Source of the DNA: a virus
Taxonomy: Duplodnaviria; Caudoviricetes
Length of the DNA stretch: 36,110 nucleotides
IMG/VR virus record: IMGVR_UViG_3300037634_003862
Location: 1-36,110 of that record
Direction: 5' to 3' (one strand)
Shown: one piece after another, positions 8,380-15,443 of the stretch
Layout of the letters: each line of letters starts with the position of its first letter
Position numbering within the stretch: the stretch's first letter is position 1
Made by a program: the position numbers and the translations under genes
Notes under the pieces: model-generated
What the model saw: the letters and a program-made list of their open reading frames with translations, nothing else
Databases searched by the model: none
What the model was told of the DNA's origin: nothing

Positions 8380-8582
8380 GTTCCTGCTCCTGTTGTTTCG
8401 GGTCCGATGAATAAAAATCCTCCCCCATTGCCTTCTTCGTCTGCGCTGACTTCTACTTTAATTTTAGCACCTCCTTTAAGAGTCATGTGAAAACAAGGAA
8501 ATGGGTCAAGCGCATGCTCATCATTTATCTCCTCGTATTTAGTTATAGTAGCTCCTACTAACTGTTCGTAATAATCTTTCAT
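8376..8582 (-). CDS. conserved small phage protein
   Basis: Start ATG 8582 (MKDYYEQLVGATI), SD AAAGGA; DEEGNGGGFL motif. Confidence 0.65.
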   Translation of the reverse strand: MKDYYEQLVGATITKYEEINDEHALDPFPCFHMTLKGGAKIKVEVSADEEGNGGGFLFIGPETTGAGT

Positions 8583-8592
8583 GTGTTTTCCT

Positions 8593-9093
8593 TTAATCTG
8601 GTAAGTAACCTGCAAATCCCATTCCGGGCTCATCGTAGAACCAAGATATAGATAGTTTGGGATATGTTTCAAGAAGATAAGTATAGATTCCTTCGGCTGG
8701 ACCCCACGCAGTATCGAAGTTTACTTGTATTTCATCTTCTTCATTCTGATCAAAATCTGTACTATTTGGATCCCACTTGGTACCCCAATTATTATTACAC
8801 CAATTGTACCAATCTTTAGCACCAAACTTTTCTAAAAATTCTTTAGCCATTTTCTTAGTCATTTGTTTTGAACCATCAAATTTACATGGTTCTTGATCAG
8901 CATATTCTTCTTCAGTACAGAAGCTTCCTGATGAATGATCTCGTAACTCTTGAGGGCATGGCAATATGTTTTGGAAAGAAAATTCCGCATCATCTCCCAT
9001 ACTTATTCCTATCTCCTTTCTAAACTTTTTGCGTTCTTTATGAGACATATCGTAAAGACTGATTATAACGCGATTGTGACACCAATTAGGCAT
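8593..9093 (-). CDS. YubB/Api92-like ferredoxin-fold protein (DUF1281-like)
   Basis: MPNWCHN, WYNWCNNNWGTKW, FDTAWGP and YDEPG motifs; SD AAGGAG. Confidence 0.8.
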   Translation of the reverse strand: MPNWCHNRVIISLYDMSHKERKKFRKEIGISMGDDAEFSFQNILPCPQELRDHSSGSFCTEEEYADQEPCKFDGSKQMTKKMAKEFLEKFGAKDWYNWCNNNWGTKWDPNSTDFDQNEEDEIQVNFDTAWGPAEGIYTYLLETYPKLSISWFYDEPGMGFAGYLPD

Positions 9094-9122
9094 GACAATT
9101 CTCCTTGTGTTGTAGTGGGGGA

Positions 9123-9572
9123 TTAGTTGATTAGGTCACGAAGGTGATTAGTCATCCGCAGTGTTCTTATTGATCGATCAAATCTGGATGTATCCCATGC
9201 AGTTGTATGTACTCTAAATCCAATGTGATCTTTCAAGTCAGGTAATGCTAATGGTATTGGTACTTCACCTTCGGGTGTGTCTGTGAATAAGAATCCTACT
9301 CCACCATCAAATAATGCTGATAGTCTATATTGCCATTCTAGTATGTTAGAAGGCTTAAGAATGGGTAAGTGTACCCAATCTGATGCTACTGCTAATGCTT
9401 CTGTAGTTGTAGATAGTTTACAGAATAAATCTTCTGTTGCTTGAATCCAATTTTCCTCTCCTTCATCGTCAGGAGGATATTTGGTATACTGCCAACATAC
9501 CTTATCAGAATTTTTGATGTAAGATATATCAATGTTGTAGGCTTCAAAGTCAAAATGGTCGTGTTCAAACAT
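9123..9572 (-). CDS. hypothetical protein (likely leaderless start)
   Basis: Start moved to ATG 9572 (MFEHDHF); TATAAT 6 nt upstream; this start avoids overlap with the plus-strand ORF at 9601. Confidence 0.6.
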   Translation of the reverse strand: MFEHDHFDFEAYNIDISYIKNSDKVCWQYTKYPPDDEGEENWIQATEDLFCKLSTTTEALAVASDWVHLPILKPSNILEWQYRLSALFDGGVGFLFTDTPEGEVPIPLALPDLKDHIGFRVHTTAWDTSRFDRSIRTLRMTNHLRDLIN

Positions 9573-9600
9573 AATTGTATTATAGATAGGAGATCTCCTT

Positions 9601-9804
9601 ATGGATAGTGAGAAAGGAAAATTAGAGGGTTTGGGGGACATTATTAAACGACTCACTAATGCCGTTGGTATCAAAACTTGCTCTAAATGTGAAAAACGAA
9701 GGAAGAGGATGAACGAAATGTTTCCTAATCCTTTAAAAGGTCGAGACTCCTCTCGAAGACCCGACCCTAAACCAGACGAAGGAGCGTCTGATGGTAGGGA
9801 GTAA
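9601..9804 (+). CDS. small CxxC protein (GLGD...GIK.C..C..RR..MN type)
   Basis: SD AGGAG at 9588-9592; GLGDIIKRLTNAVGIKTCSKCEKRRKRMN resembles a small protein pattern common in aquatic phages. Confidence 0.7.
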   Translation: MDSEKGKLEGLGDIIKRLTNAVGIKTCSKCEKRRKRMNEMFPNPLKGRDSSRRPDPKPDEGASDGRE

Positions 9805-10040
9805 GTAGTGTCCAAGCGTCTCAGCTCTATCTTGGTTACCGGCGGAGACCCATACTACTCCCTTAATACTTATATGCACAATTAAATGCTGTTGTTCTTA
9901 TGAGTAACCATACGACCTTGTGTCATCACATAAGTATTATTAGATTGTAGATGGGTTACGCCCATCACTCGATCCCAAAGTTTTACACCGAGGATACGTG
10001 GTGGATTCTTTTATACTCTGAATCACGGGTTGAGTATAAG
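9796..10040. ncRNA. candidate structured RNA: five near back-to-back stem-loops
   Basis: Inverted repeats at 9796-9863, 9864-9939, 9950-9966, 9972-9995 (weak) and 10011-10039 fill a convergent intergenic gap. Confidence 0.4.
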
Positions 10041-10044
10041 CAAA

Positions 10045-10362
10045 CTAGTTAATTGGTAGTCCTAGCATCTTTGCTGCAGACCGTGCATCTTTAAACATTG
10101 CATTTACATTATTGTCATACTTTATACCATCAAGAAATAGTTCTTCAATTTCTATACTGTTGAGTCCTTGAGTATCTATCTCTGAGTCTAGGTATCGTTC
10201 AAGTAGATCATTTTCATTTAATAACTGTATAAGTTCAAGTTCAAGTAAGGATATCTCTTCTTTGATTTTACCAGATGTTTGTTCTAGCTTCTGTAGGGAT
10301 TGTTTCGAGTTCATTATGTCGAACATTAATTGTTGTACCGTTGCTTGTATGTTTGTAGTCAT
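10045..10362 (-). CDS. hypothetical coiled-coil protein
   Basis: L/E/Q-rich heptads; start uncertain. Confidence 0.6.
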   Translation of the reverse strand: MTTNIQATVQQLMFDIMNSKQSLQKLEQTSGKIKEEISLLELELIQLLNENDLLERYLDSEIDTQGLNSIEIEELFLDGIKYDNNVNAMFKDARSAAKMLGLPIN

Positions 10363-11092
10363 CTATGTACTTTCTTAGTGCTTGGGTTTTATCTGATAGG
10401 GTGAAAGGATTGTTCTTTCTTAAATGTGATGTGTATGCATTGAATAGAGAACATCCATTACGGTCTTTGAATTCAGTGTAGTCTGGATTCTCCCATTGTT
10501 CTAAGATTGGGAGTATATCATGTGAACCTATGATTTTATGTTTGCAGGTTCGAATGATGAAGTCACTTACTTCTTTATTACAACTAAAATCCATCTTTTT
10601 CATGCCTTCATAGCCATTTATAGTGTTTTTATGGATGGTTTGTAGGTCCATTACTACATCTCTTAATTTAGTCTTTGCTTTTCCAATAAGATTAGTAGTG
10701 TGTTTACAGTTAACATTTTCTGTTGCATCCCACATTCCATTAGTACATGCAAATACTTCTAATCCCATTAAATATTTAAGAGAGAATGATTTATCATAAC
10801 TATTTACTACTGCCATTTTAAAAGCATAATCATTATTCATGGGCAATTTTTGGCTCTTTACAGTGAATGATGTCATCATCCGGTCGCCTTCTTTTGATGT
10901 TTTACCTTCTTTATTAACTATACAATTTAAATCGCCAATTTTATAATCTAATATTCCTAATGTATCTTCGACCATATCTATTACTTCATCATGTCTAATA
11001 GGTGTGTATGTTCTTGTTGTCTCTGGTTCTTTGTAAATACTTAGTAGTTCTCTGTTTACTGATTTTGAACCTTTATGCATCATAATTGTCAT
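10268..11092 (-). CDS. DUF932-family protein
   Basis: TYTPIRHDEV...VVNSYDKS...VFACTNGM...H pattern; SD AAGGAGG. Confidence 0.8.
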   Translation of the reverse strand: MTIMMHKGSKSVNRELLSIYKEPETTRTYTPIRHDEVIDMVEDTLGILDYKIGDLNCIVNKEGKTSKEGDRMMTSFTVKSQKLPMNNDYAFKMAVVNSYDKSFSLKYLMGLEVFACTNGMWDATENVNCKHTTNLIGKAKTKLRDVVMDLQTIHKNTINGYEGMKKMDFSCNKEVSDFIIRTCKHKIIGSHDILPILEQWENPDYTEFKDRNGCSLFNAYTSHLRKNNPFTLSDKTQALRKYIDDYKHTSNGTTINVRHNELETIPTEARTNIW

Positions 11093-11360
11093 GTTGGACC
11101 TCCTTGGCTTTGTTTTCGATGTTGAGTTGTTCAGGGATTATAAATATTAATGCTCTTATTTTAAGTGCTGCTATCGTAAGAGATGGTATATTTGTTCCCA
11201 TTACTTCTAGTTGATCTAGTTCTGTCATTAATGTGTTGGTTGCAGACCACATTTTATTTATGTGTTCTACAGGTATACAAGTAATGTCAGGGTCAGATAA
11301 GCTGTTCTTGAGTACTTCCATTTCATAATGGAAGGTTTCGTTGTGTTGTTCGTAGTTCAT
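11073..11360 (-). CDS. hypothetical protein
   Basis: Start ATG 11360 with strong SD AAGGAGGAG. Confidence 0.65.
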   Translation of the reverse strand: MNYEQHNETFHYEMEVLKNSLSDPDITCIPVEHINKMWSATNTLMTELDQLEVMGTNIPSLTIAALKIRALIFIIPEQLNIENKAKEVQHDNYDA

Positions 11361-11656
11361 TGGCTCCTCCTTGGTTGTTGCCAGTCTGCAGGGTTGCACC
11401 TGTCATTAGTTTGATTAGGTTGTGCTCTAGCAATATCATCTTCTAAAGTGGGACTTGACTTTCCAATTTCAATAAAGATTTTATTTATTATGCCTTTGAA
11501 GTATTCTTTATCTTCTTCTTCGAGTATTGATATAAGTGTATCTAATTGTGTGTCATTAATTGTACTGTTATTTAGTCTTTCCCATATTGTGTTCTTATCT
11601 AGTCCTTCTTCGTACATTGTTTCTACTGTGTTGAACATTTCGTTTACGAGTCCCAT
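11357..11656 (-). CDS. hypothetical protein
   Basis: 99-aa ORF, SD GGGAG, ATGA coupling to the next gene. Confidence 0.6.
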   Translation of the reverse strand: MGLVNEMFNTVETMYEEGLDKNTIWERLNNSTINDTQLDTLISILEEEDKEYFKGIINKIFIEIGKSSPTLEDDIARAQPNQTNDRCNPADWQQPRRSQ

Positions 11657-12080
11657 GTGTTTGCTCCCATTGTTGTAGGTCTAGTGGTTTATTGTTAGTG
11701 AATGTTGTTGCTTTTGTGTGACGAACAACAATACGATTCTTCCTCATTTCTCTTTCTTCCCATCGTATTACTGTTCGTAACACTATGCTCCATCCTGAAT
11801 AATTGAGTGATTTAGACTCTATTACTCTTCCGAGTATAATTTCCTTCTCAACATAGAAGTCATCTACCGTGTTTGTATCACTATCTCGATAGAAGTTATG
11901 TATTCTTTTCTCTCCAGGTATGTGACCTGCTTTGACCCACTTCCAATGGTCTTTACTCCTCCATGCTGCTGGATTCTGATCCCTTTCCCAATGGAATTCA
12001 TTGTCCCATTGCATAGGACAGTTTGCAAATTGCATACTATCTATTTGTTGTATGGCACTCCATTTACCTGATTTACTCAT
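11595..12080 (-). CDS. hypothetical Trp-rich protein
   Basis: 161-aa ORF with SD AAAGGA. Confidence 0.6.
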   Translation of the reverse strand: MSKSGKWSAIQQIDSMQFANCPMQWDNEFHWERDQNPAAWRSKDHWKWVKAGHIPGEKRIHNFYRDSDTNTVDDFYVEKEIILGRVIESKSLNYSGWSIVLRTVIRWEEREMRKNRIVVRHTKATTFTNNKPLDLQQWEQTHGTRKRNVQHSRNNVRRRTR

Positions 12081-12120
12081 CCTTGAGTCCTTTCTTTTAT
12101 GTTTATGTGAATATAGTGAA

Positions 12121-12160
12121 CCGTCCCCCGCTCGGGCACAAAGACCGAGCGGGGAGACGG
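12121..12160. promoter_or_regulatory. GC-rich intergenic hairpin (15-bp stem)
   Basis: CCGTCCCCCGCTCGG pairs with CCGAGCGGGG(A)GACGG. Confidence 0.65.
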
Positions 12161-12176
12161 GACACCATTGCTGAAC

Positions 12177-12425
12177 TCACTCAATTGGTAAGTCCAGACC
12201 TGCTAGTTGTATGTGAGCAGGATTCACTATGTCTTTAACACCATACTTTTCTATTGCCATGATTAGGTCAACACCTGTGCGTGGTTGTAAGCCACCTTCA
12301 TCTACAAGGCATTCACCATCTTCATCAAATGTTTGCCAAAAGTATGTTTGCATTGGACGGTCATATCCATATGCAAATGTGTCTTCATTAGTATCTAACG
12401 GGATTTGTACTTCGTATCTACTCAT
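12177..12425 (-). CDS. hypothetical protein
   Basis: 82-aa ORF, SD AAGGAG; YGYDRPMQTYFWQ motif. Confidence 0.65.
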   Translation of the reverse strand: MSRYEVQIPLDTNEDTFAYGYDRPMQTYFWQTFDEDGECLVDEGGLQPRTGVDLIMAIEKYGVKDIVNPAHIQLAGLDLPIE

Positions 12426-12697
12426 TTTAAACTCCTTAATTTAAGATAGTAGTAGTTCATGTCGTTCATTGCTTCTTGTGTTCGTCCTTGTATTGGATAC
12501 CCTGCTTGTTCTAAATTGAACTCAAATGCTGTACGAGCCATTTTGTTCTGTATCCAATAATATGCTTTCTTGATTAAAGAATAACAATATGAATGTAGCC
12601 CATATGTTTCTATAAGCCATGCTCTTCTTGTTATTACTCTACCATCAGGCATTAAAACTTTGCCATGCCATCCTTGACTACACGGTGTTTGTGTCAT
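12422..12697 (-). CDS. hypothetical protein
   Basis: Start ATG 12697 (MTQTPCS), SD AAGGAG. Confidence 0.6.
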   Translation of the reverse strand: MTQTPCSQGWHGKVLMPDGRVITRRAWLIETYGLHSYCYSLIKKAYYWIQNKMARTAFEFNLEQAGYPIQGRTQEAMNDMNYYYLKLRSLK

Positions 12698-12863
12698 CTT
12701 GTTGCTCCTTCGCAAGTTCTTTGAGAATGTGATTGACAAATGACTCTATTTCGTCAATTGCCTCTTTAGTTTCGTGTTCTTTCACTCGAGCGTTACCAAT
12801 TAATACTTTCAATTTCTGTATAAAATGGTGTGCGCGTGTTGCTTCATATATCTTTGTAGTCAT
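12678..12863 (-). CDS. hypothetical protein
   Basis: Start ATG 12863 (MTTKIYE), SD GGGGAG. Confidence 0.6.
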   Translation of the reverse strand: MTTKIYEATRAHHFIQKLKVLIGNARVKEHETKEAIDEIESFVNHILKELAKEQQDDTNTV

Positions 12864-13005
12864 GATTATCTCCCCAATTATTTGGATGGTTAGGGTCATA
12901 GATGCTTTCATCTTCCCATTCACCATGATGAGGTTTGGATGATAGTAAATGTGGGTCTTTCAGTGTTGCCCACAACGATTTAATTAAATGAACTATTAGT
13001 TTCAT
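12844..13005 (-). CDS. 53-aa hypothetical protein (below the ORF-track cutoff)
   Basis: SD TAAGGAG, then MKLIVHLIKSLWATLKDPHLLSSKPHHGEWEDESIYDPNHPNNWGDNHDYKDI. Confidence 0.55.
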   Translation of the reverse strand: MKLIVHLIKSLWATLKDPHLLSSKPHHGEWEDESIYDPNHPNNWGDNHDYKDI

Positions 13006-13023
13006 TTGAAATACTCCTTACAC

Positions 13024-13095
13024 AAAAAAAAATACCCTCTACATCCGTCAAGCACTGTTATCTTTGGTTAACAACTATTGATGTAAAGGGTATTT
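13024..13095 (-). terminator. long hairpin plus U-tract (terminator or processing site)
   Basis: 16-bp stem (13030-13045 with 13080-13095) with one G-U pair on the minus-strand RNA, ending in U9. Confidence 0.6.
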
Positions 13096-13140
13096 AATAA
13101 ATTAATGTGTTTGTTTAAGTTTGAGTTAAGGTTGTAATAA

Positions 13141-13233
13141 GTATCAATTTCTATCTCGTTTCCTCCTCGATTGCCCCGGTTCAGTTGAATTTGTATCAAT
13201 TTCAATCTCAGTGTTGCTGCTCTTCTCGATTGC
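13141..13233. repeat. bipartite direct repeat GTATCAATTTCWATCTC...CTCGATTGC (2 copies)
   Basis: Copies at 13141-13174 and 13193-13233. Confidence 0.75.
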
Positions 13234-13305
13234 AAAAAAAAGTCTACGACTACTGTATACCGCTAGCAGGTGTTGGTTGCAGGTACACAGTAGTCGTATG
13301 ACTTT
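13234..13305 (-). terminator. long hairpin plus U-tract downstream of the 13314-13763 gene
   Basis: ~23-bp stem, AAAGTC(A)TACGACTACTGTGTACC with GGTATACAGTAGTCGTAGACTTT on the minus strand, ending in U8. Confidence 0.65.
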
Positions 13306-13313
13306 AGAGGAGT

Positions 13314-13763
13314 TTAGAATTCATCGTCAGTTGAGTCGTTGCTCTCACTGTTGTTTTGGGTAGCGGGTGTGTACTCAGTTGCTGTGGCTTCCCACTCTGC
13401 AACTTTGTTTCCCATTCCGAGACATTTTGCAATATACATGAAGAGTTCTTTTGGTACTTCTGCCATGAATTTGTCTGCTTCGCTGAATACACGGATGTTG
13501 GTACAAGTAAACTTACCTGCGCTGAATGCAACTTTATATTGCATTTTACCCTTGAATATGGATACGGGGTTCCAAGCGGGTTTGTCAGCAGTTGCAGCGA
13601 ATGCCCATATTTGGAATTCACTCCAAGGTATGGTGAGAGTATCAAAACCGTAGTCTTTTGTAAGACCTGCTTTTGATGCTGAGACGATGCAGCCACGTAC
13701 TCTGATTTCGTCAAAGTTGCAATCGGGTATTACAAGAACTTGGGATGTTTGTGTTTTAGTCAT
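13314..13763 (-). CDS. hypothetical protein with SSB-like acidic C-terminal tail
   Basis: Start ATG 13763 with SD GGAG; beta-rich body; tail NNSESNDSTDDEF ends in Phe. Confidence 0.7.
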   Translation of the reverse strand: MTKTQTSQVLVIPDCNFDEIRVRGCIVSASKAGLTKDYGFDTLTIPWSEFQIWAFAATADKPAWNPVSIFKGKMQYKVAFSAGKFTCTNIRVFSEADKFMAEVPKELFMYIAKCLGMGNKVAEWEATATEYTPATQNNSESNDSTDDEF

Positions 13764-13792
13764 GATATTGGTCTCCAATAAAAGGGTTAGTA

Positions 13793-13845
13793 TCAACTAC
13801 TGTGAGTGTGCTCCGTTATGTTCTGGCGCACACCCACAGTGTTGA
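13793..13845 (-). promoter_or_regulatory. long imperfect hairpin in the 5' leader of the first early gene
   Basis: TCAAC(T)ACTGTGAGTGTGC pairs with GCACACCCACAGTGTTGA; the A/C mismatch becomes G-U on the minus strand. Confidence 0.55.
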
Positions 13846-13880
13846 CGTTAAAGAAAAGAAAAAATACCTAAACAACGATA

Positions 13881-13950
13881 GGTGCACAACCGAGGGCTTG
13901 CCCCGACCGAGTCCGCGAGGGAGCCCTCGCCGCGAGGGTCGGTTTGCACC
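13881..13950. other. GC-rich multi-branched inverted-repeat element
   Basis: Outer stem GGTGCA(C)AACCGA with TCGGTTTGCACC; inner hairpins GGGCTTGCCC and GCGAGG-GAGC-CCTCGC. Confidence 0.55.
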
Positions 13951-14198
13951 CCACTTGCAAAATGATGGTATAAATAACTGAGGTAGTTGTGTTGTGGTGA
14001 ACTCGTGTAGATATCTGTGTTTTTCTCTCGGCTCCCGCCTCCGAAGCAGACTCCGAAGTAAATTGCGGTACGTATCCGAGTAGAACCACTGGAGACCTTC
14101 CCTTTTAAGAACTAGGTACCCCCATCGCCCCCTCGGTTGATTTGAGTTTACTATACGAAAGACCGATTCTGTCTAGGAATTTTTCACTTTTATACTTT

Positions 14199-14444
14199 TG
14201 AACCGGGTATGTACCGGGTATGTACCACATATGGGCTCTTGCTTTTCCCCACTCTAGGTACTTTAAAGGCGGTTTGTACCACTTGAACCGCATGTACCAC
14301 ATATTTTCTAACTATTGCGTAGGTAATATTATATATAAAGAGTACAGAAAGGTGCGGTACATGTCCTACACCCGGTACAAAATGGGTTTCTGACCTAAAA
14401 AGGAAGTTGTAATGTGGTACCTAAACCGGTTCAACCATGGTACA
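14199..14444. repeat. putative replication origin: inverted arrays of TGWACCR iterons around an AT-rich core
   Basis: Forward copies at 14199, 14210, 14221, 14275, 14284, 14293; AT core 14324-14339; reverse copies at 14355, (14364 degenerate), 14373, 14415 (1 mismatch), 14427, 14438. Confidence 0.7.
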
Positions 14445-14446
14445 CT
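14438..14446 (+). promoter_or_regulatory. extended -10 element for a leaderless GT2 transcript
   Basis: TGgTACACT, then 6 nt, then ATG 14453; no SD. Confidence 0.45.
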
Positions 14447-14452
14447 CTTCTT

Positions 14453-15196
14453 ATGTCCTCTCCTTTAGTCTCTATTTGCATGCCGGCCTACAATACAGGC
14501 CTCTACATAGAGGAAGCCATCCAATCATGCATCGAACAAACCTACAATAAGTGGGAACTCATCATTTGGGATGACGGATCCACCGATAATACGATGGAAG
14601 TCATTAAATCCTTCAACGATTATCGAATAATTGTAGGTTCAAGCGGTCATAAGGGGGTCGCAAACGCTAGAAATCGCTGTTTAGACCTCTGCTGCGGGGA
14701 AATCATAGCTCGGATGGACTCTGATGACTACCAAGATCCCACTCGAATAGAAAAATCGGTGAATATGTTGCTAAAAAACCCAGAACCTCTGGTAACTTGC
14801 AGGATGTTGCGGTTCAAGGGCGAGAAATGGAAAAACTCCCCTAAAGTTCGGAACCACAACGACTTCGGGAACCCTGACTGCAGCGGAAAAATGAATCCCT
14901 CTCTTTATTGGGGGGGAAGCAACAAAGGGAACCCTGTAAACGCCTCAATCGTAGCGATGAAAGAGGTTTATGATAGAGTGGGGGGATTCAACGAGGAAAT
15001 GGAAACCGCAGAGGATGGAGATTGGAATTTTCGAGCTCTAAAACACTACGACAACTGGCAATTCATCGATGAATATCTATATATCTATAGACGGCACCCG
15101 TCACAACTCACACAACGTAAACGAAATGAGACTTGGCATGCGCACAGGAAGTCTATGGCTATCCACCTAAAGACTCGGGACGAGGTACCTCAATAG
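14453..15196 (+). CDS. glycosyltransferase family 2 (GT-A)
   Basis: LVSICMPAYN, IWDDGSTD, GVANARN, ARMDSDD (DXD), GGFNE...EDGDW; start set at ATG 14453 (MSSPLVS). Confidence 0.93.
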   Translation: MSSPLVSICMPAYNTGLYIEEAIQSCIEQTYNKWELIIWDDGSTDNTMEVIKSFNDYRIIVGSSGHKGVANARNRCLDLCCGEIIARMDSDDYQDPTRIEKSVNMLLKNPEPLVTCRMLRFKGEKWKNSPKVRNHNDFGNPDCSGKMNPSLYWGGSNKGNPVNASIVAMKEVYDRVGGFNEEMETAEDGDWNFRALKHYDNWQFIDEYLYIYRRHPSQLTQRKRNETWHAHRKSMAIHLKTRDEVPQ

Positions 15197-15425
15197 CCTT
15201 TTTAGTCTCTGTGCAATACAGAGCAAACCCTTGATCCTTCTTCCATACATCCCAAATCAGACCTTCGTTATCGACCATCTCATCTCCATCTTTATAGCGA
15301 ACCTTCAGATGAGCCCAGAGTTCTTCTAGGTCTGCCTCTAACGGGGAATGTACATCCTTTTTCATAAACATGTGTTGGAGTAGAGAGATACAAGCACCTT
15401 CTACCCACGGTTCTAATACTTCCAT
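15159..15425 (-). CDS. hypothetical protein
   Basis: 88-aa ORF with SD AAAGGA, directly downstream of the helicase. Confidence 0.6.
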   Translation of the reverse strand: MEVLEPWVEGACISLLQHMFMKKDVHSPLEADLEELWAHLKVRYKDGDEMVDNEGLIWDVWKKDQGFALYCTETKKAIEVPRPESLGG

Positions 15426-15443
15426 TATCGTATTCCTTTCCTG

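Noticed and set aside
9573-9815. N-terminal extension of ORF 9123-9815
   Set aside because: It is antisense to the credible 9601-9804 gene; ATG 9572 with a -10 box is a better start.
10004-10039. H-type pseudoknot (loop GATTC pairing with downstream GAATC on the minus strand)
   Set aside because: The connecting loop would be about 2 nt across an 8-bp stem, which is sterically implausible.
13304-13714. Four overlapping open frames over one gene
   Set aside because: Only the 13314-13763 minus frame has an SD and ATG and sits cleanly between the flanking hairpins; the others are most simply by-products of codon bias.
9805-14198. tRNA, tmRNA or hammerhead ribozyme in the intergenic gaps
   Set aside because: No cloverleaf with a TTCRA T-loop, no tag-like ORF ending in AA, and no CTGANGA/GAAA core spotted by eye; a covariance-model search would be needed to exclude them fully.
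13868-14302. ORFs 13868-14089 and 14105-14302
   Set aside because: They run through the inverted-repeat element and the iterons (repeated WY/MWY simply translates the heptamer); treated as non-coding.
13141-14444. Possible CRISPR array or mini-array, given the Cas4-like gene
   Set aside because: The repeats are 7-mers or a two-copy bipartite repeat, with no constant 25-40 nt repeat and regular spacers; the nuclease sits in a recombination context.
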